Assembly: GCA_964505325.1 (NCBI GenBank)
Contig: CAZDHT010000001.1
Span: 10,430-74,429 of the forward strand
Direction: 5' to 3'
Source of the DNA: an uncultured Planctomycetota bacterium
GTDB lineage: Bacteria; Planctomycetota; PUPC01
DNA: 64,000 nucleotides
Each line of letters begins with the position of its first letter. Positions within the stretch are counted from its first letter, which is position 1. The notes beneath the pieces are model-generated. The model worked only from the letters and a program-made list of their open reading frames with translations. It made no database searches and was not told the DNA's origin. The position numbers and the translations under genes were made by a program. Shown one piece after another: positions 48,201-57,885 of the stretch.

Positions 48201-49574
48201 GTGCTCGATCCGCTGATCAACTGCTTCCGAATCCCCGAGCTGCGGAAGAAGATCCTGTTCACCGTGATGATGCTGGTGGCGTTCCGCGTCGGGGCGTTCG
48301 TGCCCATCCCGGGGGTGAACCCGAGCGCGGTGCGCGACGCGGCCGGTGTCACCGGCGGCGCCCTCGGCCTGGTGGACATGTTCTCGGGCGGGGCGCTGAG
48401 CAAGTGCGCCGTCTTCGGCCTGGGCATCATGCCGTACATCAGTGCGTCCATCATCTTCCAGCTCCTGGCGACGGTCATCAAGCCGCTCGAGGAGCTGCAG
48501 AAGGAAGGCGAGGCCGGCCAGAAAAAGATCAACCAGTACACCCGCTACGCCACGTTGCTGCTGTGCGCGATCCAGGGCCTGTTCATGGCCAACTGGATCG
48601 AGAACATGCACACCGCCAAGAACGTGTACGTCGTGCCGGCCAGTGTCCGCGACGGCTTTGGCTTCGAACTCATCTGCGTGGTCGCGCTGACCGGCGGCAC
48701 CATCCTGCTGATGTGGATCGGCGAGCAGATCCAGGAGCACGGCATCGGGAACGGCATCTCGCTGCTGATCATGGCCGGGATCGTCGCCCGCATGCCGCCG
48801 ATGATCCTCCGGGTCTGGCAGACCCAGGTCGACACCGCCAGCCTGGTGAACCCGGCGGAAGACAAAATCGGCATCATGGGGATCGTAGGGATGCTGCTGA
48901 TGTACGTGCTGGTGGTGGTGGGGGTGGTGCTGCTGACGCAGGGCCAGCGCCGCATCACCATACAGACCGCCAAGCAGATTCAGGGCCGCCGGGTGCTGGG
49001 CGGGCAGCGGTACTATCTGCCGCTCCGCGTCGGCGCCGCAGGCGTCATCCCCATCATCTTCGCCCAGTCGCTCCTGATGTTCCCGGGGATGCTCCTCGGC
49101 AAAATGGCGCGCGGCCAGACTTGGGTGGCCGGGCTGGCCCACTGGCTCCATGGTTTCTTCCAGTACGACAGCTTCAGCTACCTGGTGATCTACGTCGTCC
49201 TGATCGGGTTTTTCTGCTTCTTCTGGACCGCCGTCCAGTTCAACCCGATCAAGATGGCCGACGAAATGAAAGAGCGCGGCAACTTCGTCCCCGGCATCCG
49301 ACCGGGCCGGCGCACCTCCGAGTACTTCGAGCGCATCATGACCCGCATCACGCTGGCCGGCTCCGCCTTCATCTCGGTCATCGCCATCTTGCCGTACATC
49401 GTCCAGCGGGCCAATCCGGGCCTGGGCCAGGCCGCATACATCTACGGCGGCACGGGCCTCCTGATTGTCGTTGGCGTGGCGCTCGACCTGGTGCAGAAAA
49501 TCGAAAACCACCTGCTGATGAGACACTACGACGGCTTCCTCAAGGGCGGCTCCCGAATTCGAGGACGGCGCTGA
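48201..49574 (+). CDS. secY: preprotein translocase subunit SecY
   Basis: 10-TM SecY homology (…GIMPYISASIIFQLL…, …RPGRRTSEY…). Confidence 0.95.
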   Translation: MLDPLINCFRIPELRKKILFTVMMLVAFRVGAFVPIPGVNPSAVRDAAGVTGGALGLVDMFSGGALSKCAVFGLGIMPYISASIIFQLLATVIKPLEELQKEGEAGQKKINQYTRYATLLLCAIQGLFMANWIENMHTAKNVYVVPASVRDGFGFELICVVALTGGTILLMWIGEQIQEHGIGNGISLLIMAGIVARMPPMILRVWQTQVDTASLVNPAEDKIGIMGIVGMLLMYVLVVVGVVLLTQGQRRITIQTAKQIQGRRVLGGQRYYLPLRVGAAGVIPIIFAQSLLMFPGMLLGKMARGQTWVAGLAHWLHGFFQYDSFSYLVIYVVLIGFFCFFWTAVQFNPIKMADEMKERGNFVPGIRPGRRTSEYFERIMTRITLAGSAFISVIAILPYIVQRANPGLGQAAYIYGGTGLLIVVGVALDLVQKIENHLLMRHYDGFLKGGSRIRGRR

Positions 49575-50239
49575 TGGCGCTGCGGCTGATATTTCTCGGG
49601 CCTCCGGGCGCCGGCAAGGGCACGCAGGCGAAGCGCCTTGCCGCGGCCCGGTCGATCCCGCATGTTTCGACCGGAGACATTCTCCGCGCGGAAGTCGGGG
49701 CCGGCTCGGAACTCGGGGCCAAGGCGAAGGAATATATGGGCCGGGGCGAGCTGGTGCCCGACGACCTCGTGGTCGCCATGGTCGCACGTCGCCTTGCCCA
49801 GCCCGACTGCGGGAACGGGTACCTCCTCGACGGGTTCCCCCGCACCATGGGCCAGGCCACCGCGCTCGAGGCCAGGCTGGCCGAGCACGGCGAGACGATC
49901 GGCCAAGTGCTTTACTTCTCCGCGCCCGACGACGTGCTGATCAAACGCCTGTCGGGCCGGCGGGTGTGCCCCGACTGCAACGCGAACTACCACTTGGAGA
50001 CCATGCCGCCGCGAAACGACGGCGTCTGCGACAAGTGCGGCGGCAAGCTGATCCAGCGCGAGGACGACATGCCCGAGACCGTCCGGAATCGCCTCAAGGT
50101 CTACCGGGCGCAGACACGGGAACTGATCGGCCATTACGGCGCGACCGGCTCCGCCCAAGCCGGGTTGCTGACCGAGATCGACAGCACCGGGACGGTCGGC
50201 GAGATCGCCGATGCCGTGGCCCGGTCTTTGGAAAACTGA
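49574..50239 (+). CDS. adk: adenylate kinase (with Cys4 lid)
   Basis: LIFLGPPGAGKGTQA P-loop; lid RRVCPDCNANYH...CDKCGGKL. Confidence 0.95.
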   Translation: MALRLIFLGPPGAGKGTQAKRLAAARSIPHVSTGDILRAEVGAGSELGAKAKEYMGRGELVPDDLVVAMVARRLAQPDCGNGYLLDGFPRTMGQATALEARLAEHGETIGQVLYFSAPDDVLIKRLSGRRVCPDCNANYHLETMPPRNDGVCDKCGGKLIQREDDMPETVRNRLKVYRAQTRELIGHYGATGSAQAGLLTEIDSTGTVGEIADAVARSLEN

Positions 50240-50307
50240 GTGCGCCCCCGGGCGGCAGGTGCCGCCCCGTGCAGGGCGCCCGAGCGACCTTTGAGAGAGG
50301 GTTTGAG

Positions 50308-51084
50308 ATGTTCGGCGCGATACCGCTCAGGACGCCACAAGAGCTGCTGATTATGAGAGACGCCGGCCGCATCGTGGCCCAGGTGCTCGACCGGATGAAG
50401 CAACTCGCAGCCCCCGGCGTCACGACGCTCGAACTGGACGCGGTGGCCGAGGAGACCATCCGCGACCGCGGCGGAAAGCCCGCCTTTAAGGGCTACCGGG
50501 TGCCCGGGAAGGAGCCGTTCCCCGCGACCATCTGTGCCTCGGTCAACGACCAGGTCGTCCACGGGATACCCGACGCCCGACGCCTTCGCGAGGGCGACAT
50601 CCTGAGCATCGACGTCGGCGTCGAATACCGGGGCTTCTTCGGCGACACAGCCGTTACGCTCCCTGTCGGCCGCGTCTCGAAGACGGCCCGGAAGCTGATG
50701 CGGGTCTGCTCCGAAGCGCTCGATCTGGCCATCGCCGAGGTGAGGCCCGGCAATGTTCTTCGCAGAATCGGAGAAACGGTGCAGCGCCACGTAGAGACCA
50801 ACGGCTTCTCGGTCGTGCGCAAGTTCGTGGGGCACGGAATCGGGACCGCCATGCACCAGGCGCCCGAGGTGCCCAATTTCGCCACCAAGCACTGCGCCGA
50901 GGTGGCCATGGAACCCGGGCTGGTGTTGGCCATCGAGCCGATGATCAACGCCGGCCGATACCAGGTGGTGGAGGACCCCGTGAACCGGTGGACCGTAACC
51001 ACGGCAGACGGCAAGCTCTCGGCTCACTTCGAGCATTCCATCGCAGTGACGCCCGAAGGGCATGAGATCCTGACGCTGCCCTGA
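50308..51084 (+). CDS. map: type I methionine aminopeptidase
   Basis: ...VVHGIPD...[21 protein letters not shown]...[16 protein letters not shown]... Confidence 0.9.
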   Translation: MFGAIPLRTPQELLIMRDAGRIVAQVLDRMKQLAAPGVTTLELDAVAEETIRDRGGKPAFKGYRVPGKEPFPATICASVNDQVVHGIPDARRLREGDILSIDVGVEYRGFFGDTAVTLPVGRVSKTARKLMRVCSEALDLAIAEVRPGNVLRRIGETVQRHVETNGFSVVRKFVGHGIGTAMHQAPEVPNFATKHCAEVAMEPGLVLAIEPMINAGRYQVVEDPVNRWTVTTADGKLSAHFEHSIAVTPEGHEILTLP

Positions 51085-51100
51085 CCAGACGGGAAGGACG

Positions 51101-51367
51101 ATGCCAAAGGAAGAAGCCATACGCGTAGAGGCCACGGTGCGGGAGGCCCTGCCCAACGCCATGTTCAACGTGGAGCTGGAAAACGGCCACCGCGTCCTCG
51201 CCCACGTCTCGGGCAAGATGAGGAGGTACTTCATCCGCATCCTGCCGGGAGACAAGGTAACTATCGAGATGTCGCCCTACGACCTGACCAAGGGGCGCAT
51301 CGTGTACCGCGAAGAACGGCAGCCGCGGACCCCGCGGCCCGGCGGCAGCCGGAAAGGAAGGCGATAA
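51101..51367 (+). CDS. infA: translation initiation factor IF-1 (basic C-terminal extension)
   Basis: [70 protein letters not shown]. Confidence 0.9.
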   Translation: MPKEEAIRVEATVREALPNAMFNVELENGHRVLAHVSGKMRRYFIRILPGDKVTIEMSPYDLTKGRIVYREERQPRTPRPGGSRKGRR

Positions 51368-51483
51368 TGAAGGTCCGCAGTTCCGTCAAGCGAATCTGTG
51401 AAAACTGCAAGCTCATACGGCGCAAGGGCGTCGTACGGGTGATATGCACCAACCCCCGCCACAAGCAGCGGCAGGGGAAATGA
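51367..51483 (+). CDS. rpmJ: 50S ribosomal protein L36 (Zn form); <60 aa, not in ORF track
   Basis: Hand translation [38 protein letters not shown]; ATG overlaps the infA stop. Confidence 0.85.
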   Translation: MKVRSSVKRICENCKLIRRKGVVRVICTNPRHKQRQGK

Positions 51484-51510
51484 CCGAGCCCGAATCGGAG
51501 GAAGTTCGAC

Positions 51511-51894
51511 ATGCCTCGTCTAGTGGGCGTTGACATTCCGGGCCGCAAGCACATCGAGATCGCCCTGACCTACATCCACGGCATCGGCCGTTCGTCGGCG
51601 ATGAAGGTCGTCAAGGCCGCCGGCATCGAGCCCGGCACGCGGGCCGACGATCTGACCGAAGAGCAGCTCTCGCGCCTCGTCGGCGTCATCGACCGCAGCT
51701 TCACCGTGGAGGGCGAGCTCCGCCGCATGGCCGCGCAGAACATCGCCCGCCTGCGCGACATCAACTGCTACCGCGGCATCCGGCACAGGCGTGGGCTGCC
51801 CGTACGCGGCCAACGCACCCGGACCAATGCCCGGACCCGAAAGGGCCCCAAGAAGACCGTCGCGGGCAAGAAGAGCGTCAAGGCGTTGGGCTAA
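51511..51894 (+). CDS. rpsM: 30S ribosomal protein S13
   Basis: [33 protein letters not shown]. Confidence 0.95.
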   Translation: MPRLVGVDIPGRKHIEIALTYIHGIGRSSAMKVVKAAGIEPGTRADDLTEEQLSRLVGVIDRSFTVEGELRRMAAQNIARLRDINCYRGIRHRRGLPVRGQRTRTNARTRKGPKKTVAGKKSVKALG

Positions 51895-51931
51895 CCGCCG
51901 GCCCCAGGCCGCATAGGTTCAGGAGTTGCAC

Positions 51932-52312
51932 ATGGCAAAAGCCGGTCGAAAACATGTCCGCCGGGTCTCGTCCCAAGCGATCGCCCACGTCAAGGCGACG
52001 TTCAACAACACCATTGTCTCGATTACCGACCTGAACGGCGAGGTGTTGTGCTGGGCGAGCGCCGGCACCATCGGGTTCAAAGGCTCCCGAAAGAGCACCC
52101 CGTTCGCCGCGCAGCGCACCGCCGAGAACGCCGCGCAGAAGGCCCAAAAGATGGGGGTGCGCCAGGTGGAGGTGCGCGTCAAGGGCCCCGGGTCCGGCCG
52201 CGAGTCGGCCGTCCGCGCACTCCAGGCCGCCGGGCTCGAAATCAAGGCCATCGAAGACGTCACCCCCCTGCCCCACAACGGGTGCAGGCCCAGGAAGAGG
52301 CGCCGTGTATAA
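51932..52312 (+). CDS. rpsK: 30S ribosomal protein S11
   Basis: [28 protein letters not shown]; AGGAG RBS before ATG 51932. Confidence 0.95.
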   Translation: MAKAGRKHVRRVSSQAIAHVKATFNNTIVSITDLNGEVLCWASAGTIGFKGSRKSTPFAAQRTAENAAQKAQKMGVRQVEVRVKGPGSGRESAVRALQAAGLEIKAIEDVTPLPHNGCRPRKRRRV

Positions 52313-52344
52313 CGCCGCGTCCGAACACGATTAGGAGTGGCCCA

Positions 52345-52971
52345 TTGGCTCGCAACACCGGACCCAAATGCAGGCTCTGCCGCAGGGAGGGCGTCAAGCT
52401 CTTCCTGAAGGGAGCGCGCTGCGACACCCCCAAGTGCGGGTTTGAACGGCGGGAATATCCGCCCGGGATGCACACCTGGCCCCGGCGCAAGATCTCCGCC
52501 TACGGCCTGCAACTGCGCGAGAAACAGAAGGTGAAACGATACTACGGAATTCTCGAACGGCAGTTCCGCCTCTACTTCCAACGGGCCGAACGAGCCAAGG
52601 GCAACACCGGCGAGAACCTTCTGCTGGCGCTTGAATCCCGGCTGGACAACGTGGTGGCCTGCCTGAGCTTTGCCACCTCGCGCAGCAACGCCCGCCAATT
52701 GATCCGACACGGGCACCTCTTGGTCAACAACCAAAGGGTCACCATCCCGTCCGTGGCGGCCAAGGCCGGCGACCAAATCACGGTGGCCAACCGGGCGAAG
52801 TCGAAGGCGGCCGTCACGACGGCCCTCGAGCTCACACAGGGCCGCGGTGTCCCCGCGTGGCTCGAGCTCACGCTCGAACCACCGGCCGGGAAGGTGACCC
52901 GGCCGCCGACACGCGAAGACATCTCGCTGCCGGTGCAAGAACAGCTCATCGTCGAGCTATTGTCGAAATAG
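52345..52971 (+). CDS. rpsD: 30S ribosomal protein S4 (TTG start; Zn-ribbon N-terminus)
   Basis: (M)ARNTGPKCRLCRREGVKLFLKGARCDTPKC...; AGGAG 8 nt upstream of TTG 52345. Confidence 0.85.
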   Translation: MARNTGPKCRLCRREGVKLFLKGARCDTPKCGFERREYPPGMHTWPRRKISAYGLQLREKQKVKRYYGILERQFRLYFQRAERAKGNTGENLLLALESRLDNVVACLSFATSRSNARQLIRHGHLLVNNQRVTIPSVAAKAGDQITVANRAKSKAAVTTALELTQGRGVPAWLELTLEPPAGKVTRPPTREDISLPVQEQLIVELLSK

Positions 52972-53006
52972 GAAGAATACCCGCTCCCCGCTGCGGAGGA
53001 TAGACG

Positions 53007-53987
53007 ATGCGAAAGAGGTGGATGGGTTTCGAACTGCCGGTCCGGGTGGTCTGCGACAAGGAGACGCTCACCGACACATACGGCAAGTTCACCGCCGAGC
53101 CGTTTGAGCGAGGCTATGGCATCACCGTCGGAAACGGGCTCCGGCGCGTGCTGTTGTCGTCACTGCGCGGAGCGGCCCTCTCGGCCGTCCAGTTCGAAGG
53201 GGTTCAGCACCAGTTCCAGACCATCCCGGGCGTGGTGGAGGACGTCACCGACGTCTGCCTCAACCTGAAAAAGGTCCTGGTCAAGCTGCACACCGACGAC
53301 GTGAAGGAGATGACGCTGGACGTCCGCCGCAAGGGCGAAGTCGCCGCCGGCGACATCCAACACGACGCCGACATCGAGATCGCCAACCCCGGCCTCCACC
53401 TCGCCACCGTCAGCGAGGGCGGCAAGATCGTCGCCACGCTCGAAGCGCGGTCCGGCCGCGGCTACAAGGTCGCCGAGGAATTCATCAAGGAGGAGATCAC
53501 CTACATCCCGCTCGACTGCGCCTTCTCGCCCGTCGTCAAGGTGAAGCCGGTGGTCGAGAACTGCCGCGTCGGCCAGGTTACCAACTACGACCGCCTCACC
53601 CTGGAAGTCTGGACCAACGGCACGGTGGACCCCGAAATGGCCCTGGTCGAGGCGGCCCGGATCTACCGCAAGCACCTCGACCCGTTCGTCCAGTACTTCG
53701 AGCTCGGCCCGCCCATCGAAGACGCGGCCTCCCAGCTCGCCGCCCAGAAGGAGCTGGAGCACAAGACCGAGGTGGACCGAATGCTGTCGAAGCCGGTCGG
53801 CGAGCTGGACCTGTCGGTCCGTGCCGCCAACTGCCTCGCATCACAGAAAATCGAAACGCTGCACGACTTGGTCACGAAAACAGAGGCCGAACTGCTCACC
53901 CTACGCAACTTCGGCCAGACCTCGCTGACGGAGATCAAGGGCAGGCTGGCCGAAATGGACCTCGAATTGGGCACCCAAGTGGACTGA
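53007..53987 (+). CDS. rpoA: DNA-directed RNA polymerase subunit alpha
   Basis: GYGITVGNGLRRVLLSSLRGAA...; C-terminal domain ELLTLRNFGQTSLTEIKGRL. Confidence 0.95.
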   Translation: MRKRWMGFELPVRVVCDKETLTDTYGKFTAEPFERGYGITVGNGLRRVLLSSLRGAALSAVQFEGVQHQFQTIPGVVEDVTDVCLNLKKVLVKLHTDDVKEMTLDVRRKGEVAAGDIQHDADIEIANPGLHLATVSEGGKIVATLEARSGRGYKVAEEFIKEEITYIPLDCAFSPVVKVKPVVENCRVGQVTNYDRLTLEVWTNGTVDPEMALVEAARIYRKHLDPFVQYFELGPPIEDAASQLAAQKELEHKTEVDRMLSKPVGELDLSVRAANCLASQKIETLHDLVTKTEAELLTLRNFGQTSLTEIKGRLAEMDLELGTQVD

Positions 53988-54020
53988 CGCCGCGGAAATA
54001 CCGAGACAGGAAGTCACCGA

Positions 54021-54515
54021 ATGCGCCACAGGAAATCAAACCGAAAACTAGGGCGCCGGTCCGCCCCGCGAAGAGCCCTCCTGAGAAATCTCGTCGTCGG
54101 GCTGTTCATGGCCGAACCCACCGACGACCACGCCGAGCGGATTTGCACCACGCCGGAGAAAGCCAAGGAGGCGCGCCGCCTCGCCGAGCGGCTCATCACC
54201 CTGGGCAAAAAAGGCACGCTCGCCGCGCGGCGCCGCGCCCTCCAACTGCTGCCCAACAAGCGGGCGGTCAGAAAGCTCTTCGACGAGATCGCCCCCCGTT
54301 ATGCCGGCCGCCCGGGCGGCTACACCCGCATCCTGCGGCTCGGGCGCCCGCGCGTCGGAGACGCCGCGCCGCAGGTCCTCTTCGAGCTGGTCGGGATCAG
54401 CGAGGAGGCCGCGGCCGCACCGCGACCGGAGGTCGCCGTCGAGCGCGAAGAACCGGAAAAGCAGCCGGAGGAAGCGAAAGAGGGCAAAGAGGCAGAGCCC
54501 GAGCCAAAGGAATAG
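54021..54515 (+). CDS. rplQ: 50S ribosomal protein L17 (acidic C-terminal tail)
   Basis: [29 protein letters not shown]... Confidence 0.9.
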   Translation: MRHRKSNRKLGRRSAPRRALLRNLVVGLFMAEPTDDHAERICTTPEKAKEARRLAERLITLGKKGTLAARRRALQLLPNKRAVRKLFDEIAPRYAGRPGGYTRILRLGRPRVGDAAPQVLFELVGISEEAAAAPRPEVAVEREEPEKQPEEAKEGKEAEPEPKE

Positions 54516-54592
54516 CCGGGGGCTCTCATCCTGGTGGCGGGGGGGATCGAACGCTTGACAATCCCTCGCGTATGGGATAAGTTGCTGAAGAT

Positions 54593-54670
54593 GGGCGATT
54601 AGCTCAGTTGGTTTAGAGCGCTTGCTCGACAAGCAAGAGGTCGGTGGTTCGAATCCACTATCGCCCACCA
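54593..54670 (+). tRNA. tRNA-Val (anticodon GAC), apparently with C at position 33
   Basis: GGGCGAT/ATCGCCC acceptor, GCTCAGTTGG D-arm, anticodon loop TCGACAA, GGTTCGAATCC T-arm, CCA encoded. Confidence 0.65.
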
Positions 54671-54748
54671 GATCAGCTATCAGCGGTCAGCGGTCAGCTA
54701 TCAGCCCGCTCAAAGCTGATAGCTGATAGCTGATAGCTTTTATAAGGA
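54671..54748 (+). terminator. long imperfect hairpin built from heptamer repeats (TCAGC/GCTGATA x3-4) followed by TTTTAT; intrinsic terminator or attenuator 6 nt before the thrS RBS
   Basis: GATCAGCTATCAGCGGTCAGCGGTCAGCTATCAGC...GCTGATAGCTGATAGCTGATAGC TTTTAT. Confidence 0.5.
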
Positions 54749-54754
54749 GCCACC

Positions 54755-56686
54755 TTGGTCAACATACGGCTGCCCGACGGCCTGGCCAAGCAGTACCCCG
54801 AAGGCATAACCGCCGGAGAGGTGCTCGCCGACACTCAATCGGGCGCACAAGAGACCGCCATCGCGGCCGGAATAGACGGCGTACCCAGCGACCTCTCCCG
54901 GAAAATCCATTCCGACTGCGCCGTCGAGCCCATCTTCCCCAACTCCGAACAGGGCCTCGGGGTCATGCGGCACAGCGCCGCCCACGTGATGGCCCACGCC
55001 GTCCTGCGGCTGTTCCCCGATGCCAAGCTCGCCATCGGCCCCGCCATCGGCGACGGGTTCTATTATGACTTCGACCTGTCCCACCGCCTAACCGAGGAGG
55101 ACCTGCCGAAGATCGAGACCGAGATGGCCAGAATCGCCGCGCAGAAAGCCCCCTTCGAACGGGCCGAGCTCCCCGCGGAGGACGCCCGACGCGAGGCGGA
55201 GCAACAGCACGACACCTACAAGGCCGAGCTGATCCGGGAACTCCAGCAGGCCGGAACGGAAACGGTCAGCACGTACGCCTCCGGCGAGTTCACCGACCTC
55301 TGCCGCGGGCCACATGTACCCCACACCGGGGCGATCGGAGCGTTCAAGCTGCTATCCGTCGCCGGCGCCTACTGGCGCGGCGACGAAAAGAATCCCATGC
55401 TCCAGCGCATCTACGGCACCGCCTTCCCCTCCCAGGAAACACTCGACGAGCACCTCCGCCTCCTCGAAGAGGCCAAGCTCCGCGACCACCGCCGACTCGG
55501 CAGAGAGCTCGACCTCTTCTCGACCGACGAACTCATCGGCCCCGGGCTGGTCCTGTGGCACCCCAGGGGCGCGCGAATCCGCACGATTATGGAGAATTTC
55601 TGGCGCGACGCGCACTACGAGCACGGCTACGAACTCGTCTACACCCCACACATCGGCAGGCTCCAGCTCTGGGACAAGAGCGGGCACACCGACTTCTACC
55701 GCGAGAGCATGTACGCGCCGATGCCCATCGACGACGAGCAGTACCAGATCAAGCCGATGAACTGCCCGTTCCACATCATGATCTACAAGAGCCGCAAGCA
55801 CAGCTACCGCGAGTTCCCCATCCGCTGGGCCGAGCTGGGCACCGTCTACCGCTACGAGAAGAGCGGCGTGCTCCAGGGCCTGTTCCGCGTCCGCGGGTTT
55901 ACCCAGGACGACGCCCACGTCTTCTGCCGCATCGGCCAGCTAGACGACGAGATCAAGAATGTGCTCGACTTCACGCTCTACATCCTCCGCACGTTCGGCT
56001 TCGACGACTTCGACATCGCGCTCAGCACCCAGCCGGACAAGTTCGTCGGCGAGCAGGAGAACTGGGACAAGTCGACCGAGGCCCTCCGGCGAGCCCTCGC
56101 CGGCAGCGGGCTCGACTACATCGTCCAGGAGGGCGAGGGCGCGTTCTACGGCCCCAAGATCGACGTCAACATCCGCGACGCCATCGGCCGCGTCCACCAG
56201 TGCACCACGATCCAGGTCGACTTCAACATCCCCGAGCGGTTCGACATGACCTATGTGGGCCGTGACAACGCCCCACACCGCCCCATCATGATTCACCGCG
56301 CCCTGATGGGGTCGGTCGAGCGCTTCTTCGCCTGCCTCATCGAGCACTACGGCGGCGCGTTCCCCCTGTGGCTCGCGCCCGTCCAGGCCGTCATCATCCC
56401 CATCACCGAACGGCACCACGCCCGCGCGGAAGAAGTCCGCGCCCGCCTGGCCGAGGCGGCTATCCGGGCCGAGGTCGACGCTCGCAGCGAGAAGATCGGC
56501 TTCAAGATCCGCGAGGCGACCACCCAGAAGGTCCCCTACATGCTGGTGATAGGAGACCGCGAGGTGGAGAGCGGCGAGGTCTCCGTCAGACGATATAAAC
56601 TGGGCGACACCGGGGCGACGAGCGTCGGCGCCCTGGTGCAATTGATGGGCGACGAAATCGCCAAGAAGTTCGCCCTCGGCGGCTGA
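54755..56686 (+). CDS. thrS: threonyl-tRNA synthetase (TTG start)
   Basis: TGS-like N-terminus, class II motifs, anticodon-binding C-terminus; AAGGAG RBS before TTG 54755. Confidence 0.9.
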   Translation: MVNIRLPDGLAKQYPEGITAGEVLADTQSGAQETAIAAGIDGVPSDLSRKIHSDCAVEPIFPNSEQGLGVMRHSAAHVMAHAVLRLFPDAKLAIGPAIGDGFYYDFDLSHRLTEEDLPKIETEMARIAAQKAPFERAELPAEDARREAEQQHDTYKAELIRELQQAGTETVSTYASGEFTDLCRGPHVPHTGAIGAFKLLSVAGAYWRGDEKNPMLQRIYGTAFPSQETLDEHLRLLEEAKLRDHRRLGRELDLFSTDELIGPGLVLWHPRGARIRTIMENFWRDAHYEHGYELVYTPHIGRLQLWDKSGHTDFYRESMYAPMPIDDEQYQIKPMNCPFHIMIYKSRKHSYREFPIRWAELGTVYRYEKSGVLQGLFRVRGFTQDDAHVFCRIGQLDDEIKNVLDFTLYILRTFGFDDFDIALSTQPDKFVGEQENWDKSTEALRRALAGSGLDYIVQEGEGAFYGPKIDVNIRDAIGRVHQCTTIQVDFNIPERFDMTYVGRDNAPHRPIMIHRALMGSVERFFACLIEHYGGAFPLWLAPVQAVIIPITERHHARAEEVRARLAEAAIRAEVDARSEKIGFKIREATTQKVPYMLVIGDREVESGEVSVRRYKLGDTGATSVGALVQLMGDEIAKKFALGG

Positions 56687-56738
56687 GGCGCCCTCCCCGC
56701 CGCCGGGACACAGAGGGCAAAACCCAAGGAGGTGGACG

Positions 56739-57251
56739 ACGCCCGACAAGAAAGGGTTACTGGTCAATGAACAGATCCGCGCGAGCCGGGTCCGGCTCAT
56801 CAGCGCCGACGGCCAGCAGGCCGGCATCGTCCCGATTGACGAGGCGCGCAAAGCGGCGGCGGAGGCCGCGGCCGATCTCGTCCAGGTCAGCCCCGACGCC
56901 GACCCGCCGGTCTGCAAGCTGATGGACTACGGCAAGTACAAGTACAAACAGAAGCGCCGCGGTCACCAGGCCAAGGCCAAGTCGCACGTCACCCACATCA
57001 AGGAGATCCGCCTGCACCCGAAAACCGGACAGCACGACATCGACTACCGGCTCGAGCACGCGCGGGAATTCCTCGCCCGAGGCGACAAGGTTCTCGTCTC
57101 CGTACGGTTCAGCGGCCGGGAGATGGCGCACCTCGAGACGGGTGAACAACTGCTCCATCGGGTGGCCTTGCAGATCCAGGACGCCGCCAAGGTCGAGATC
57201 CCGCCCAAGCGCGAGGGCCGGCGGATGACCATGATGCTCGTCCCCAAGTAG
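56739..57251 (+). CDS. infC: translation initiation factor IF-3; 5' end uses a non-AUG start (ACG at 56739 or CTG at 56760)
   Basis: Reading frame KKGLLVNEQIRASRVRLISADGQQAGIVPIDEARKAAAEAAADLVQVSPDADPPVCKLMDYGKYKYKQKRR... is continuous with the listed ORF 56922-57251. No in-frame ATG/GTG/TTG follows the AAGGAGG at 56726-56732. Confidence 0.7.
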   Translation, partial: TPDKKGLLVNEQIRASRVRLISADGQQAGIVPIDEARKAAAEAAADLVQVSPDADPPVCKLMDYGKYKYKQKRRGHQAKAKSHVTHIKEIRLHPKTGQHDIDYRLEHAREFLARGDKVLVSVRFSGREMAHLETGEQLLHRVALQIQDAAKVEIPPKREGRRMTMMLVPK

Positions 57252-57318
57252 CCGGGCCGCACCGGCCCGCCACTCGGCGGGCGCCGGCACGAAGACCGCA
57301 CACAGAGGAGTCCGACCC

Positions 57319-57510
57319 ATGCCGAAACAGAAAACCCGCAAGGGGGTCACGAAACGCATCCGCGTCACCCGCCGCGGCAAGGTGATGCGCGGCAAGGCCG
57401 GCCGTCGGCACCTGCTCTCGAACAAGAGTCGGAAGCGCAAGCGACAACTGCGCCGCAAGAGCCCCCTCGCCCGCGCCGACGTGGCCCGCACAAAACGCGC
57501 GATGACCTGA
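57319..57510 (+). CDS. rpmI: 50S ribosomal protein L35
   Basis: MPKQKTRKGVTKRIRVTRRGKVMRGKAGRRHLL. Confidence 0.9.
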   Translation: MPKQKTRKGVTKRIRVTRRGKVMRGKAGRRHLLSNKSRKRKRQLRRKSPLARADVARTKRAMT

Positions 57511-57527
57511 CAGACGGAGGATTTACC

Positions 57528-57881
57528 ATGCCAAGGGCAACCAACGCGCCGGCCCGGCGCCGGCGCCGAAGGCGGACACTCAAGGCCGCCAAAGGATACT
57601 ACGGCGCACGCAGCCGCCAGTACAAGACCGCCGCCACCGCCGTCGACCGCGCCCGAGCGTCCGCCTACCGCGACCGGAAACGGAAGAAACGGGAATTCCG
57701 AAGGCTGTGGATCACGCGGATCAGCGCCGCCTGCAAGATGCGGGACATCCGCTACAGCCAGTTCATCAACGGGCTCAAGAAGGCCGGCATCGAGATCAAC
57801 CGGAAGATGCTGTCGGAGATCGCCATCTGCGACGCGGCCGCCTTCGACCAGCTCCTCGAGGCCGCCGCGGCGGCGAAGTAA
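57528..57881 (+). CDS. rplT: 50S ribosomal protein L20
   Basis: [35 protein letters not shown]. Confidence 0.9.
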   Translation: MPRATNAPARRRRRRRTLKAAKGYYGARSRQYKTAATAVDRARASAYRDRKRKKREFRRLWITRISAACKMRDIRYSQFINGLKKAGIEINRKMLSEIAICDAAAFDQLLEAAAAAK

Positions 57882-57885
57882 TGCG

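Noticed and set aside
54593-54670. Possibility that the tRNA after rplQ is a pseudogene because of C33 in the anticodon loop
   Set aside because: All four stems pair perfectly (including the 7-bp acceptor stem and encoded CCA). A single unusual loop base is insufficient to call a pseudogene, so it is kept as tRNA-Val(GAC) with reduced confidence.
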